A stretch of DNA of 64,000 nt, taken from positions 32,001 to 96,000 of the forward strand of contig JAYZAL010000047.1 of NCBI GenBank assembly GCA_036339735.1. The letters are read 5' to 3'. A program made the translations under genes and the position numbers. Every line of letters begins with the position of its first letter. The first letter of the stretch is position 1. Below are positions 29,372-39,895 of this stretch, in pieces. The notes under the pieces are model-generated. The model was not told where the DNA came from. It ran no database searches and saw only the letters and a program-made list of their open reading frames with translations. The DNA comes from Candidatus Poribacteria bacterium. GTDB taxonomy: Bacteria; Poribacteria; WGA-4E; UBA9662.

Positions 29372-30803
29372 CTCGAGTAGACTAGTTCACAGTTTACTTA
29401 TTCTTCTGTTCTTTATTGGTTTAATTTCAGTAAGTTGGTCGGACGTGGATACAGGATCGAATGATGAGCTATTAGAAAATTTGTCGCTGTTTACTGAAGT
29501 ATTAGCCCGAATTCAGCAAGAGCATGTCGAAACACCTCAGGCTAAAAAGCTAATGTATGGGGCAATTACGGGTATGTTACGCACACTGGATCCATATAGC
29601 CAATTTTTTGACCCAGAAGCCTATAAAGAATTTCGAACACAAACACACGGCACCTATGGTGGACTCGGTATGGAGATTGGTCTTAGGAATAGCCGGTTAA
29701 CTGTGATTTCTCCTTTCAAGGGAACCCCCGCCTATCAAGCAGGTCTACAAACAGACGATTTTATCAGTCTGATTGATAATCAGCCGACAACCAATATGAC
29801 TGCTCATGATGCAGCAAAAAAGATGCGAGGTGAACCTGGGACACCGGTGACATTAACCATCATCCGTGAGGGAGACAATGAACCAATTGAAGTAACGATT
29901 ATACGAGATGTGATTCGTATTCAGAGTATCGAATCAAAAGTGTTGAACCAGAAGATTGGTTATATTCGTATTAATCAGTTTCGTGATACAACAGCTTTAG
30001 ATGTTGAAAAAACTTTTGATAAATTTGCTCAAGAAGAAATTGAAGGGCTAATTTTGGACCTCCGCTCTAACCCAGGAGGCCTTCTTCGATCTGCAGTTGA
30101 TATCGCCAGCTCTTTCTTACCTCCGAACAAACTCATTGTTTATACCAAAGGTAAACGCCCAAGAGAAGATCACTTGACTATTGAGGGTAAAGGAAAGCCT
30201 TTAGCGAAAAATCTTCCCCTAATAGTACTTGTTAATCGTGGTAGTGCGAGTGCTTCTGAAATTGTGGCTGCAGCTATCAAAGACCACCAGCGCGGCTTAA
30301 TCTTAGGTGAACGAACTTTCGGGAAAGCATCTGTTCAGCAAATTTTCCCTTTGGGTAATGATGCTGCTGTTAAGTTGACTGTGGCTCATTACTACAGTCC
30401 AAAGGGGATGGATATACATAAAGTTGGTATTACCCCTAATTTGGAGGATCCTTGGTTTAGTCGGACCGAAACTCAGATGTTGAGTCAACTAGTAAACCAT
30501 CAAAGTATAAATGACTTTTTGAAAAATAATGGAGACGACATTCTGTCTCAAATTGAGAAGGCCGAATCAGCCGACCGAGAAGACTATGAATCGGCTGGTC
30601 TGCTACGAAAGTATCGTCGATTTGCTGATAGCTTGTCCAAAAAAGAGAAAATCGTTTTAAGTGATTCGGCGTTGAAATATGCACTCGCTCGCGAGACTGA
30701 AAACAAAATCGATGATTACGAGTATGATCCACAAATTGCTTCGGCCATGCGACAACTTGGTCTAATGATTGATAACAGTCATATAGAAGGAATAGAAAAC
30801 TAA
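29352..30803 (+). CDS. ctpA: Carboxy-terminal processing protease (S41A, PDZ)
   Basis: LDPYS, GGLGMEI PDZ, LDLRSNPGGLL, SASASEI, TFGKASVQ. Confidence 0.92.
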   Translation: MILTPSNSSRLVHSLLILLFFIGLISVSWSDVDTGSNDELLENLSLFTEVLARIQQEHVETPQAKKLMYGAITGMLRTLDPYSQFFDPEAYKEFRTQTHGTYGGLGMEIGLRNSRLTVISPFKGTPAYQAGLQTDDFISLIDNQPTTNMTAHDAAKKMRGEPGTPVTLTIIREGDNEPIEVTIIRDVIRIQSIESKVLNQKIGYIRINQFRDTTALDVEKTFDKFAQEEIEGLILDLRSNPGGLLRSAVDIASSFLPPNKLIVYTKGKRPREDHLTIEGKGKPLAKNLPLIVLVNRGSASASEIVAAAIKDHQRGLILGERTFGKASVQQIFPLGNDAAVKLTVAHYYSPKGMDIHKVGITPNLEDPWFSRTETQMLSQLVNHQSINDFLKNNGDDILSQIEKAESADREDYESAGLLRKYRRFADSLSKKEKIVLSDSALKYALARETENKIDDYEYDPQIASAMRQLGLMIDNSHIEGIEN

Positions 30804-30886
30804 GCCAAAATTCACTAAATATACTCAAGCACAGGTTATAAAGTCATGTCAGTCTTTTTAGCACTGGTGCACTATAAGGAGGAACT

Positions 30887-31864
30887 ATGGAAAATCCAGT
30901 TGTTTACTTAGGTACAATCGGTCAAGGTATTTGGAAAAGTACCGACGGTGGTGACACATGGAATCGGCAAGCAAATGGATTGTTCGCAGAGGCTGATATT
31001 CGAGCGATAGCAGTCCGGCCGGATAATACAAATATCCTTTTCGCTGGTACCGAAAAAGGATTATATCGTTCCGATTCAGCCGGACAAAGTTGGTATCAAG
31101 TCGATTCTCCAATGAATGACCATCAAATATGGTCGATGGCTATTGATCCATCAAATCCCGATACCCTTTACGTTGGTACTTGTCCATCTGACTTGTTTAA
31201 GTCAGATGATAATGGAGAGAATTGGCACAAACTGAGTGTAGAGTTAGCTGATGAGTGTGCTGGAGGTGCTATCGTACCAAGGGTCACTACTATCAAGATT
31301 GATCCTGATGATGTAAACACTATTTATGCAGGAATTGAAATCGATGGTTTTCGACACAGCACAGATGGAGGCAAAACCTGGGCTACCATAAACGAAGGAT
31401 TGAGTAGTCTGGATATTCATGGCATTGCCGTCATTCCAGGTTCCCCAAAAACTCTGGTTGTGGCTACCAATAATGATGTCTGCATAACGCAAGATTTAAA
31501 AACCTGGCTTCCGTTATCCGTAAAAGACCACTATCCATGGCCTTATGCGCGCGCGGCGGACTACATCCAATCTTCGGTTAATGATGAAGGACGTCTGTTT
31601 ATAGGTGCAGGTAATGGACCTCCAGGGAACCAAGGTGGAATCTTCATTTCTTCTGATAATTGCAAATCATGGACTCGTGCTGACCTTGGACATACTGCCA
31701 ACAGTACTATCTGGAATTTCGCTTATAGAAAATCAGTACCAGGTTGGGTTATGGCTTACAGCATTAGCGGTCAACTTTTCCGTAGTACCGATAATGGAGA
31801 CAGTTGGGAAAAATTAGACCGAGAATTTGGTGAAGTGCGTGGGCTAGAAATAGTTCCAGCCTGA
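30887..31864 (+). CDS. BNR/Asp-box repeat beta-propeller (VPS10/YCF48-like)
   Basis: Repeated S.D.G.[TS]W: STDGGDTW, SDSAGQSW, SDDNGENW, STDGGKTW, STDNGDSW. Confidence 0.85.
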   Translation: MENPVVYLGTIGQGIWKSTDGGDTWNRQANGLFAEADIRAIAVRPDNTNILFAGTEKGLYRSDSAGQSWYQVDSPMNDHQIWSMAIDPSNPDTLYVGTCPSDLFKSDDNGENWHKLSVELADECAGGAIVPRVTTIKIDPDDVNTIYAGIEIDGFRHSTDGGKTWATINEGLSSLDIHGIAVIPGSPKTLVVATNNDVCITQDLKTWLPLSVKDHYPWPYARAADYIQSSVNDEGRLFIGAGNGPPGNQGGIFISSDNCKSWTRADLGHTANSTIWNFAYRKSVPGWVMAYSISGQLFRSTDNGDSWEKLDREFGEVRGLEIVPA

Positions 31865-31876
31865 ATGATCTAAGCC

Positions 31877-32182
31877 GTGAGTAATTCGTTAAACTTAACA
31901 ATTTCCAGCAGTGAATATTCAAGGTTAGAGATTCGTTGGCACGCGGAAAGAGGTGTTGCAGACCTATTATTGTATGCAGGTGCGGGTAGTATGTCCTTGA
32001 TTTGGAATAAGAGAATTGAAGTCAATCCTGCGATTCAGCAAGCTGAGTTAGCTAAGATGCTAAAACCTCTAGCTGAACTCTGCCATGTTCTCTATCAAAG
32101 TGAGAATGGTCGAGCTGTCATCCCTGAATTGGCTGAAGCCTTATTTGATCTGAGAAGTTTGCTTCACAACGTTGAGGATTAG
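31877..32182 (+). CDS. Small hypothetical protein
   Basis: 101-aa ORF filling the gap between co-oriented genes. Confidence 0.5.
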   Translation: MSNSLNLTISSSEYSRLEIRWHAERGVADLLLYAGAGSMSLIWNKRIEVNPAIQQAELAKMLKPLAELCHVLYQSENGRAVIPELAEALFDLRSLLHNVED

Positions 32183-32207
32183 CGAGGACCTGTGGTTCTA
32201 GTAAACC

Positions 32208-33683
32208 ATGTCAAAGTCGGAAAGCCTGCCGAATATTCTTTTGATCTTAGCTGATGATCTAGGATATGGTGATGTCTCGTGTTACAACCCCGAGTCAAAA
32301 GTATCAACTCCAAATATTGATAAACTGGCCACCGATGGCGTGCGCTTTACTGATGCTCACAGTCCATCGACCGTTTGTACACCTAGTCGTTACAGCATAC
32401 TAACTGGGCGAATGGCTTTTCGTACGGGTTTTAGTGGGGTCTTCACTGGGGTTGGTGGCCCTTGCTTGATTGAAGATTCACGTTTAACCCTACCAGCGAT
32501 GTTAAAAACAAAAGGCTACAAAACAGCTCTGTTTGGAAAGTGGCACGTTGGCTTAAGTTTCCTTGATCGTGCAGGAGTACCGATCAATGAGAATGGATTC
32601 GAACCAGTACGAAGAATAGATTACAAACGTTCAATACCAGATGCTCCTATTCATCGTGGATTCGATCACTTCTTTGGTACTGCTTGCTGTCCAACCACTG
32701 ATTTCTTGTATGCCTTCATTGATGGAGATCGAGTTCCAGTGCCACCAGTAGCCTTATTAGATAAAGCCACTTTACCTAATCACCCTTATTCTCTGGATAA
32801 TCGAATTGGCTTCATTGCACCAGACTTTGACTTAGAAGAAGTAGATATGGTCTTTCTCGACAAAAGTAAGGCCTTTTTAGAAAACCATGCCCACGAAAGC
32901 CCAGATGATCCATTTTTTCTGTTTCATTCGACACAGGCCGTTCATCTACCTTCCTTTGCACAAAGAGGTTTTCAGGGGAAAACCAATGTGGGGCCACACG
33001 GTGACTTTATCTTTCAGTTTGACTATTTGGTTGGTGAATTACTGCACACGTTGCAAAAATTAGATATGGTTGAAAATACGCTAGTTATAGTGTGCAGCGA
33101 TAATGGACCAGAGGTTACTAGCGTAGTTAATATGCGTGCTGATTATCAGCATGATGGTGCAAAGCCTTGGCGAGGGATGAAACGCGATCAATGGGAGGGT
33201 GGGCACCGAATTCCATTTATTGTTCGTTGGCCATCACAAGTCCCAGCTGGTGTCACTAATGATCAAACTGTTTCCTTGTGCGATATTATGGCAACTTGTG
33301 CTGGTGTAGTTAATTTTCCGTTGCCGGATGATGCTGCCGAAGATAGCTTCAATATTTATCCAATCATAGGGAAACAAAAGGTATCTGTACCTACTCGAAC
33401 ATATACTTTACATCAGACTATTTCGCTGGCACTTTCCATTCGCAGGGATCAATGGAAATATCTTGACCACCAAGGTTCTGGGGGTAATGATTATGAATCT
33501 CCGGTACTCCAACCTTATGCTTTGAAAGAATATCAACCTACTGCTCCTGCACAGTTATACAATTTGGATGAAGATCCTGGAGAAACAACCAACCTTTACT
33601 TTGACTACCCGAAAATAGTAGAAGAATTAAAAATGCAATTAGATTGCGCCGTCAATTCTGGCCGAACCAGGCCTTACCAATGA
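32208..33683 (+). CDS. Arylsulfatase (Cys type)
   Basis: PNILLILADDLGYGD, CTPSRYSILTG, GKWH, SDNG, WEGGHRIP. Confidence 0.93.
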   Translation: MSKSESLPNILLILADDLGYGDVSCYNPESKVSTPNIDKLATDGVRFTDAHSPSTVCTPSRYSILTGRMAFRTGFSGVFTGVGGPCLIEDSRLTLPAMLKTKGYKTALFGKWHVGLSFLDRAGVPINENGFEPVRRIDYKRSIPDAPIHRGFDHFFGTACCPTTDFLYAFIDGDRVPVPPVALLDKATLPNHPYSLDNRIGFIAPDFDLEEVDMVFLDKSKAFLENHAHESPDDPFFLFHSTQAVHLPSFAQRGFQGKTNVGPHGDFIFQFDYLVGELLHTLQKLDMVENTLVIVCSDNGPEVTSVVNMRADYQHDGAKPWRGMKRDQWEGGHRIPFIVRWPSQVPAGVTNDQTVSLCDIMATCAGVVNFPLPDDAAEDSFNIYPIIGKQKVSVPTRTYTLHQTISLALSIRRDQWKYLDHQGSGGNDYESPVLQPYALKEYQPTAPAQLYNLDEDPGETTNLYFDYPKIVEELKMQLDCAVNSGRTRPYQ

Positions 33684-33774
33684 ATTTGAAATGCTTGCAC
33701 CACTTGCTCAGACTAGACGGTGTATGATATTATCTAACTTTTAATGTACAGAATGTAAAAGGAATAAAATAGAC

Positions 33775-35670
33775 ATGATTATCTATCTTCGAGAAAAGGG
33801 GCTGGCACAAATCCTAATTGGTGCAGTTACTGTTGCTTTTGTTATAGGCTCTATTTTCTTGTATGGTAGTTCTGACTTAGCAAGTAATACTGGTCCTGAT
33901 GAAGTTGCTTTGACCGTCGGAGAAACGAAAATCTTCCAAAGTGAGTTAGATCGAGCTATAAGTAATCAGGCCGCTGGGAAACAAGATCAAGAGGAAACAA
34001 AAAAACGGGTGATTGAGCAATATGTACTAAGAGAACTTGTTAAACAAGAAATGCCAGTTCAACAGAGTGAAATTGAACAGTACATAGCCTCTAACCCAGA
34101 CCAACTGAGTGCCTATAGATTATACCAAAAATCAGGAGTGAGTGATGAGTTTGAGAAAGACATTCAAGTCCAGCTTAGTTACCAAGGAATGGAGCAACTC
34201 CTTCATCATTTACCAATAGTAACAGATTCAGAAATCCAAGAAACCTACCAACGTGAGAATACGAAAGCAAAGCTGAAATTTATTCGGTTTCGTCACTATG
34301 AGTATAATAGTCTTGCCACAGTCACTGATGAGGAAGCAAAATCGCATTTCGAGTTAAATAAAGAGAAGTACAAAAAATCGGATCAGATTAATCTCAAGTA
34401 CGTACAAATCAAGCCCGAAGACTTTGTTACCGACGAACAAATAAAAGCCCATTATGAAAAGACAAAAGACCAGTATTCGGAAGTAACAGAAGTGACAGCT
34501 CGGCATATTTTGAAAAAAGTCGCTGAAGGTGCCAGTCTAGATGAAAAAGGCAAAATCCGCCAACAAGCAGCTGAACTGCTTGAAATGGTAAAAACAGAAG
34601 TGGTAGCGGGCAAATCTTTTGCAGAACTAGCAAAAGTCCACTCAGAAGGTCCATCGGCTAGTAATGGTGGTTCGCTCGGTTCTTTTGGTCGTGGTAAAAT
34701 GGTCAAACCTTTTGAAACAGCGTGCTTTGATGAGTTAGATATAGGTGAAATTAGTGGTTTAGTCGAAACTAGTTTTGGGTTTCATATCATCAAGTTAGAA
34801 GACAAAAAAGTTAATATGCAAACTTTTGATGAAGTTAAGCAAGAAATAAAAACCTTGCTGATAAAAACTGATGCCTCTCATGTTAGCCAACAACTAGCCG
34901 ATAATCTCCTGATGGATGTAGAACTTGATGATTACGAAACCGCTATGGGGCAAGAAGCTTATTCTAGTCGAAATTTGACTATCCAGGAAACTGGACTATT
35001 TGAACAAGATGCCAGCTCGATTCCCAACATCGGTTCTCGTTACACTTATGGGGATTTAATCGAAAAAGCCTTCGATATGGAAGTCAATATAAACGAAATG
35101 ATAGAGGTGAAGCGAAGTAATGGAGAAGTGGAAAGTTATTTCGTAGCCTTAGTCTTGGAAAAAAAGGCTGCGGCTATCCCAGAATTTGAGGATGTTAAAG
35201 CTGAAGTTAAGAACGACTTGCAAGAGGAAAAGGCAAAGGGGTTAGCAATGGAAGACGCTAACAAACTATTCAAACTTCTTCAAGCCGGTCAATCGCTAGA
35301 TGATTTGGTTCTATCGTACTCCGCACCTGAAAATACATCGATCAAAGAAAAAAAAGTCGAAGAGAGCGGACTATTTTCTCTAAGTGTTAATAGCATTTAT
35401 GTCTCTAACATGGGATCTTGCCAAGATGCTATGTTTAAGGCTTTTCAGATGGATATAAATGAAGTTGCTGGGCCATTTGAAGGCGACGTAGCTCACTACC
35501 TGATTCAGCTAGTCGAGAAAGATGAAGCAGACATGGAAAAGCTAAAGACCGATCCAAAGGTTCGTACAGAGATCATGAAGAAATTAGTTCAGGCAAAGAA
35601 AAATGAAGTCTTTACTGATTGGTATAATTCTACACGAAAGCAGATCACGGTCACAGACCATCGTTCTTAA
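33775..35670 (+). CDS. PpiD/SurA-like periplasmic chaperone with parvulin PPIase domain
   Basis: N-terminal TM anchor; ARHIL, FAELAKVHSEGPS..GGSLG.F.RGKMVKPFE, ETSFGFHIIKL. Confidence 0.88.
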   Translation: MIIYLREKGLAQILIGAVTVAFVIGSIFLYGSSDLASNTGPDEVALTVGETKIFQSELDRAISNQAAGKQDQEETKKRVIEQYVLRELVKQEMPVQQSEIEQYIASNPDQLSAYRLYQKSGVSDEFEKDIQVQLSYQGMEQLLHHLPIVTDSEIQETYQRENTKAKLKFIRFRHYEYNSLATVTDEEAKSHFELNKEKYKKSDQINLKYVQIKPEDFVTDEQIKAHYEKTKDQYSEVTEVTARHILKKVAEGASLDEKGKIRQQAAELLEMVKTEVVAGKSFAELAKVHSEGPSASNGGSLGSFGRGKMVKPFETACFDELDIGEISGLVETSFGFHIIKLEDKKVNMQTFDEVKQEIKTLLIKTDASHVSQQLADNLLMDVELDDYETAMGQEAYSSRNLTIQETGLFEQDASSIPNIGSRYTYGDLIEKAFDMEVNINEMIEVKRSNGEVESYFVALVLEKKAAAIPEFEDVKAEVKNDLQEEKAKGLAMEDANKLFKLLQAGQSLDDLVLSYSAPENTSIKEKKVEESGLFSLSVNSIYVSNMGSCQDAMFKAFQMDINEVAGPFEGDVAHYLIQLVEKDEADMEKLKTDPKVRTEIMKKLVQAKKNEVFTDWYNSTRKQITVTDHRS

Positions 35671-35709
35671 TCTTTACTGATTCGTAACAACTGGTACAGT
35701 CTACTTACC

Positions 35710-36708
35710 GTGCTTACTAATAGCCTTCGAACTGTTTTATTTTGTTTCTGGTCGATTGCTGTCACTTTATCTGTTTCTCAATGGAGCCAATCAGACAATC
35801 GTGTAGTTCCTCACCAACTAGAGGCTAATTCTTTTCAAACCTCTCAAGATTTAGATCTAATTAGAAAATTTGAAACCTACCAAATTCCAATGATGCTGAG
35901 AAAGGTAACAAAATCAGATGATGTCTATATTGTACCTTGGTTGCGAAAAAAAACGGGTGAGATCCATGATTACCAATTAACCATTGAAACTATGAAACGT
36001 GGTGTAATGGTAACAAATCAGCAATTTTCCTGGGTTCAAGAAGAAGTTAAGCGGTGTGCTGAGATTCTAAATTTGTCTCAAATCCCCTTGGTCTTCATCG
36101 TAGGCGACCGAGAGATGTATGCCGATATAGTTAATTTTTATGATCCTTTTCTCCTTTTATCCTCTGACTTGATTGAAAAATCAGGTTTAGCCGAGCTTCG
36201 TTTTATCATTGGACGAGAGCTCGGGCATTTGAAGTGTGATCATGTCTTTTATCATACCTTATTTGATGGTGGTTTAGATTCGATTAACTTAGTTCTAGGA
36301 AAATGGGTACAAGAATTAGTAAAAGCCTTTTTGGGCAAGATTTCCGACCTGATTTTGGCGGACTGGGTTTTAGCCAGTGAAATATCAGCTGATCGGGCAG
36401 GTCTTATTGCTTGCCAAGATTTGGCGGCTGCCAATCGCGCTTTGCTAAATTTTAAACTGTCGGTGGCTTCTAATATGATTGTTATTTCACCCACAGATTA
36501 TATCCGGCAGGCAAAAATTGTTCAGCAGAAACGAAAAAATGCACTCGACAGACTTCCAGAAGCAGGGCAAAATTCAATCAATAGATGGGAGAAATCAAAA
36601 CAGCTTAAATCTACACAGCCCTTTCTATCGAGTAGATTTGAAAAACTGCAGGAATACGCGACCTCAGAAGGATACCAAATACTATTATCAATCCAACCGA
36701 GAAACTAA
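35710..36708 (+). CDS. M48-family metallopeptidase-like protein (HEXXH altered to RELGH)
   Basis: ELRFIIGRELGHLKCDH and EISADRAGL motifs; signal peptide. Confidence 0.78.
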   Translation: MLTNSLRTVLFCFWSIAVTLSVSQWSQSDNRVVPHQLEANSFQTSQDLDLIRKFETYQIPMMLRKVTKSDDVYIVPWLRKKTGEIHDYQLTIETMKRGVMVTNQQFSWVQEEVKRCAEILNLSQIPLVFIVGDREMYADIVNFYDPFLLLSSDLIEKSGLAELRFIIGRELGHLKCDHVFYHTLFDGGLDSINLVLGKWVQELVKAFLGKISDLILADWVLASEISADRAGLIACQDLAAANRALLNFKLSVASNMIVISPTDYIRQAKIVQQKRKNALDRLPEAGQNSINRWEKSKQLKSTQPFLSSRFEKLQEYATSEGYQILLSIQPRN

Positions 36709-36720
36709 GAGAGGTATAAA

Positions 36721-37230
36721 ATGCTTGAAGATCTCCAAGTCAACATTATTGGGGTATTAGAACGTCGAGTTGAACAAGCAGTCGAACTCATCAACCAGAT
36801 GAAGAGCGAACGGAACTCACTGCAAGAAGAAATTAGTCGTTTGCAAGGGGTAATTCAACAAAAAGACAATAACATACAAGAATTAGACAATCGCAATCAA
36901 GAACTTCTGCAAATCAAAACAGACTTCGATAAGCTTGAGGAACAACAAAGAGCAGAAAAACAATCGAGAGAACAGGAAAAAAGTGAACTGCGACAGCGAG
37001 TAGAAAGTGTAATTTCGATTTTGGATAGTTTGCCACTGGGCACCTCTCCAAAGCTCGATGTATCCCAAGTTGGAGCACATCCAGAAACTTCCCCTGTACA
37101 AGCAACAACTTCCAATCAAATCTCTTTGCCAGCTGATAAATTTCCGACGCCTACAAGTAACCAGGTGAAATCTCCGTCGCCTACACCACTCGGTTCTATT
37201 CAGCCACCCTCCAATAAAAGTCCTAGTTAA
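36721..37230 (+). CDS. ZapB-like coiled-coil protein with Pro/Ser-rich tail
   Basis: LERRVEQAVELI, long heptad coiled coil, RVESVISIL; low-complexity C-terminus. Confidence 0.6.
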   Translation: MLEDLQVNIIGVLERRVEQAVELINQMKSERNSLQEEISRLQGVIQQKDNNIQELDNRNQELLQIKTDFDKLEEQQRAEKQSREQEKSELRQRVESVISILDSLPLGTSPKLDVSQVGAHPETSPVQATTSNQISLPADKFPTPTSNQVKSPSPTPLGSIQPPSNKSPS

Positions 37231-37268
37231 TCACTCTGCTATTCTTCAATTTTTCATTGGTTTAGGAC

Positions 37269-38456
37269 GTGAAGGCGCGGATTCTAGTCTTATCTCATTC
37301 CTACATTATGAAATCCTACAGGAAAAAATTTACCCTGATAGGACAATTAACAGCTCATCTGCCGGAGTTCCAGATTCGTGTTATTACGCCAAACACGTGG
37401 ATTGAAAACTTTCAGCAACTTACTTTCGAACCTACAACTAAAACTAACTGTCAAGAAATCCCTCTACCGGTCATTTCTTCTGGTTATGCTAGTCGTTTTG
37501 TTTATCAAGAAGGGTTAGTTCCTCACTTTCGTGATTTTCAGCCAGATATTATTCACTTGGAAGAAGAAGCTTGGAGTCTTAATGCGTTGCAAACACTCCT
37601 CTTACAACGATGGTTTTGCCCACACAGCAAGTTGATTTTTCGTACATCTCTAAGTGTAGAAATTAGCCAACGGTTCGGTCCCATCCCCAAATGGATTGAA
37701 AAACAAGTTTTTAAGAGGACGGATATGGCTTTTCCATTGAGTCAGAATGCGGTACAAATTTTAGCTAATCGTGGCTATACTGGTCCCTCAACAGTATTTC
37801 CAAATGGAGTTGATATTAGTCTTTTTCGACCACTAGATAGTATGACGATTACTGATCAACAAAGTGTAGCATTTCTGAAGCATTCACTAAATCTCAATGG
37901 GTGCTTTGTAATTGGCTATGTCGGTCGATTACTTCATATGAAAGGGATTGATATTTTATTTAGATCAGTCAAATCAATAGCGGAAAATAGCCTAATACAG
38001 TTCAAAATTTTGTTGTTGGGTCGTGGAAAATATAAATCCGAATTAGAGCAATTAGCGAAAAATCTTGGTATTGAGAATAATTTGATATGGATTGATGCAG
38101 TTCCACCTGAAGCCGTACCAAACTACATAAACTGTATGGATACACTAGTACTTCCTTCTCGAACGACACCCGATTGGGTGGAATTTTTTGGTCGTGTGTT
38201 AATAGAAGCAATGGCGTGCCGAGTCCCAGTCATTGGATCAGATTCGGGCGAAATCCCCAAAGTCATTGGAAAGGCTGGACTAGTTTTTCCAGAAGAAGAT
38301 ACAGAAACCTTAGCTCAGCACTTAAAGGCAATATACCAAGATCAATCCCTTCGACAACAACTTACCCAGCGTGGGTTCGAACGAGTCCACAGATTTACAT
38401 GGGAAACAATCGCGGATAATACCTTTAGAGCTTATATTAATTTGTTATCGGAATAG
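37269..38456 (+). CDS. Glycosyltransferase family 4
   Basis: PNGVD, GYVGRL..MKG, EFFGRVLIEAMAC.VPVIGSDSGEIP. Confidence 0.9.
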   Translation: MKARILVLSHSYIMKSYRKKFTLIGQLTAHLPEFQIRVITPNTWIENFQQLTFEPTTKTNCQEIPLPVISSGYASRFVYQEGLVPHFRDFQPDIIHLEEEAWSLNALQTLLLQRWFCPHSKLIFRTSLSVEISQRFGPIPKWIEKQVFKRTDMAFPLSQNAVQILANRGYTGPSTVFPNGVDISLFRPLDSMTITDQQSVAFLKHSLNLNGCFVIGYVGRLLHMKGIDILFRSVKSIAENSLIQFKILLLGRGKYKSELEQLAKNLGIENNLIWIDAVPPEAVPNYINCMDTLVLPSRTTPDWVEFFGRVLIEAMACRVPVIGSDSGEIPKVIGKAGLVFPEEDTETLAQHLKAIYQDQSLRQQLTQRGFERVHRFTWETIADNTFRAYINLLSE

Positions 38457-38635
38457 TTTTATCCTCTACTAGAAAAACAATAATGGACTCAATTTTCGCG
38501 ATTTATGCATTCTCTTTCCGCGTTTTTTGTTTCATCTTAAGTAACTTTGATCGAATAGATTATAACTATGACGGTAGTTAAATTTTTACTTTTGTATGAT
38601 GTTTTCTTGTTTATTTCAGGAATATTGTTGGGTAA

Positions 38636-39895
38636 ATGAAAATTATCTTGACAACTTGGGGAACTACAGGGGATGTACAACCCTTTATTGCTCTTGCCAG
38701 CGGTCTGATAGCGGCCGGCCATCAAGTTCGATTGTGTACGTCAGAAATTTATAGAGAGAAAGTTGAGTCTGTTGGTGCCGACTTTTTTCCTGTAGGTTTA
38801 CCATTTAACTCCGATCATTTTAACAGACTGATGGACCGTATTATCAAAATACGTAATCCATTTAGTTCAGCCCTAGTAGTAGCTAAAGAGGGTATTCTGT
38901 CAGGAGCCAAGTTTTGGTATGATGACTGCCTAAAAGCAATGAATGGAGATTTCGACTTGTCGATATCTCACTCTGCGGATATCCCTGGTCAAGAAGCTGC
39001 CATTCGGTCTGGGTTGCCAAATATTACTGTTAGTTATTGCCCCGCTTTTATTAAGTCAATATATGCACCGCCACCGCCAATGCCTAACTGGGGATTACCT
39101 ATTAGTTGGTTACTATGGCAAATGATCGGTCTTGCGATGTGGACCAAAGTTGATCCACTATTTAATGAATTTATTCATCAAGTAAAAGGAGAGCCGCGTC
39201 GGATGATTGGGTTTTCTGGTATGTACTCAACTGATTTGAACTTAGTTGCAGTTTCACCAGCTATCGTACCACCACCACTGGATTTACCAACTAATCATCA
39301 ATTTACTGGGGATTGGTCATTAGATGAACCTAGTTATCAACCACCAACTGACTTGCTTAAATTTATAAACGATGGTCCAAAACCAATTGTAGTGACATTT
39401 GGTTCCATGGGAGGTAATCAAGACCCCACTTCGATTATCTGCGCCGCAATACAGCGGACAAATCAGCGAGCGATTATACAATCTGGCTGGGGTAACCTCG
39501 GCCACGCAACCCAACTACACGAAGATATATTTTTTGTTGACTATGTGCCACATAGCTGGTTATTCCAATCAGCTAAAATGGTTATTCATCATGGGGGAGC
39601 AGGAACCACAACCGCAGTTTGTCGAGCCGGTGTACCATCGGTGGTTGTTCCCCACTTAGCTGATCAACCTTACTGGGGAGGGGTGCTTCATCAGCGCGGC
39701 GTAGCGCCAAAACCGGTTCACCGCCGGCATTTAAAAGTCAAGAATCTAGCACAACGGATCCAAGAAGTCTTAGATAACGGCCAGAAATTCGAACAAGCCC
39801 AACAACTTGGAAACGCTATGCGAAGCGAAAATGGAGTAAAAACAGCAATAGGCCTAATTGAGAGTTTTGCAGGGAATAAGTCGACTGATTATTAA
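38636..39895 (+). CDS. GT1/GT28 glycosyltransferase, sterol 3-beta-glucosyltransferase-like
   Basis: GTTGDVQPFIALA, VTFGSM, VPHSWLF, HHGGAGTT, DQPYWG. Confidence 0.88.
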   Translation: MKIILTTWGTTGDVQPFIALASGLIAAGHQVRLCTSEIYREKVESVGADFFPVGLPFNSDHFNRLMDRIIKIRNPFSSALVVAKEGILSGAKFWYDDCLKAMNGDFDLSISHSADIPGQEAAIRSGLPNITVSYCPAFIKSIYAPPPPMPNWGLPISWLLWQMIGLAMWTKVDPLFNEFIHQVKGEPRRMIGFSGMYSTDLNLVAVSPAIVPPPLDLPTNHQFTGDWSLDEPSYQPPTDLLKFINDGPKPIVVTFGSMGGNQDPTSIICAAIQRTNQRAIIQSGWGNLGHATQLHEDIFFVDYVPHSWLFQSAKMVIHHGGAGTTTAVCRAGVPSVVVPHLADQPYWGGVLHQRGVAPKPVHRRHLKVKNLAQRIQEVLDNGQKFEQAQQLGNAMRSENGVKTAIGLIESFAGNKSTDY

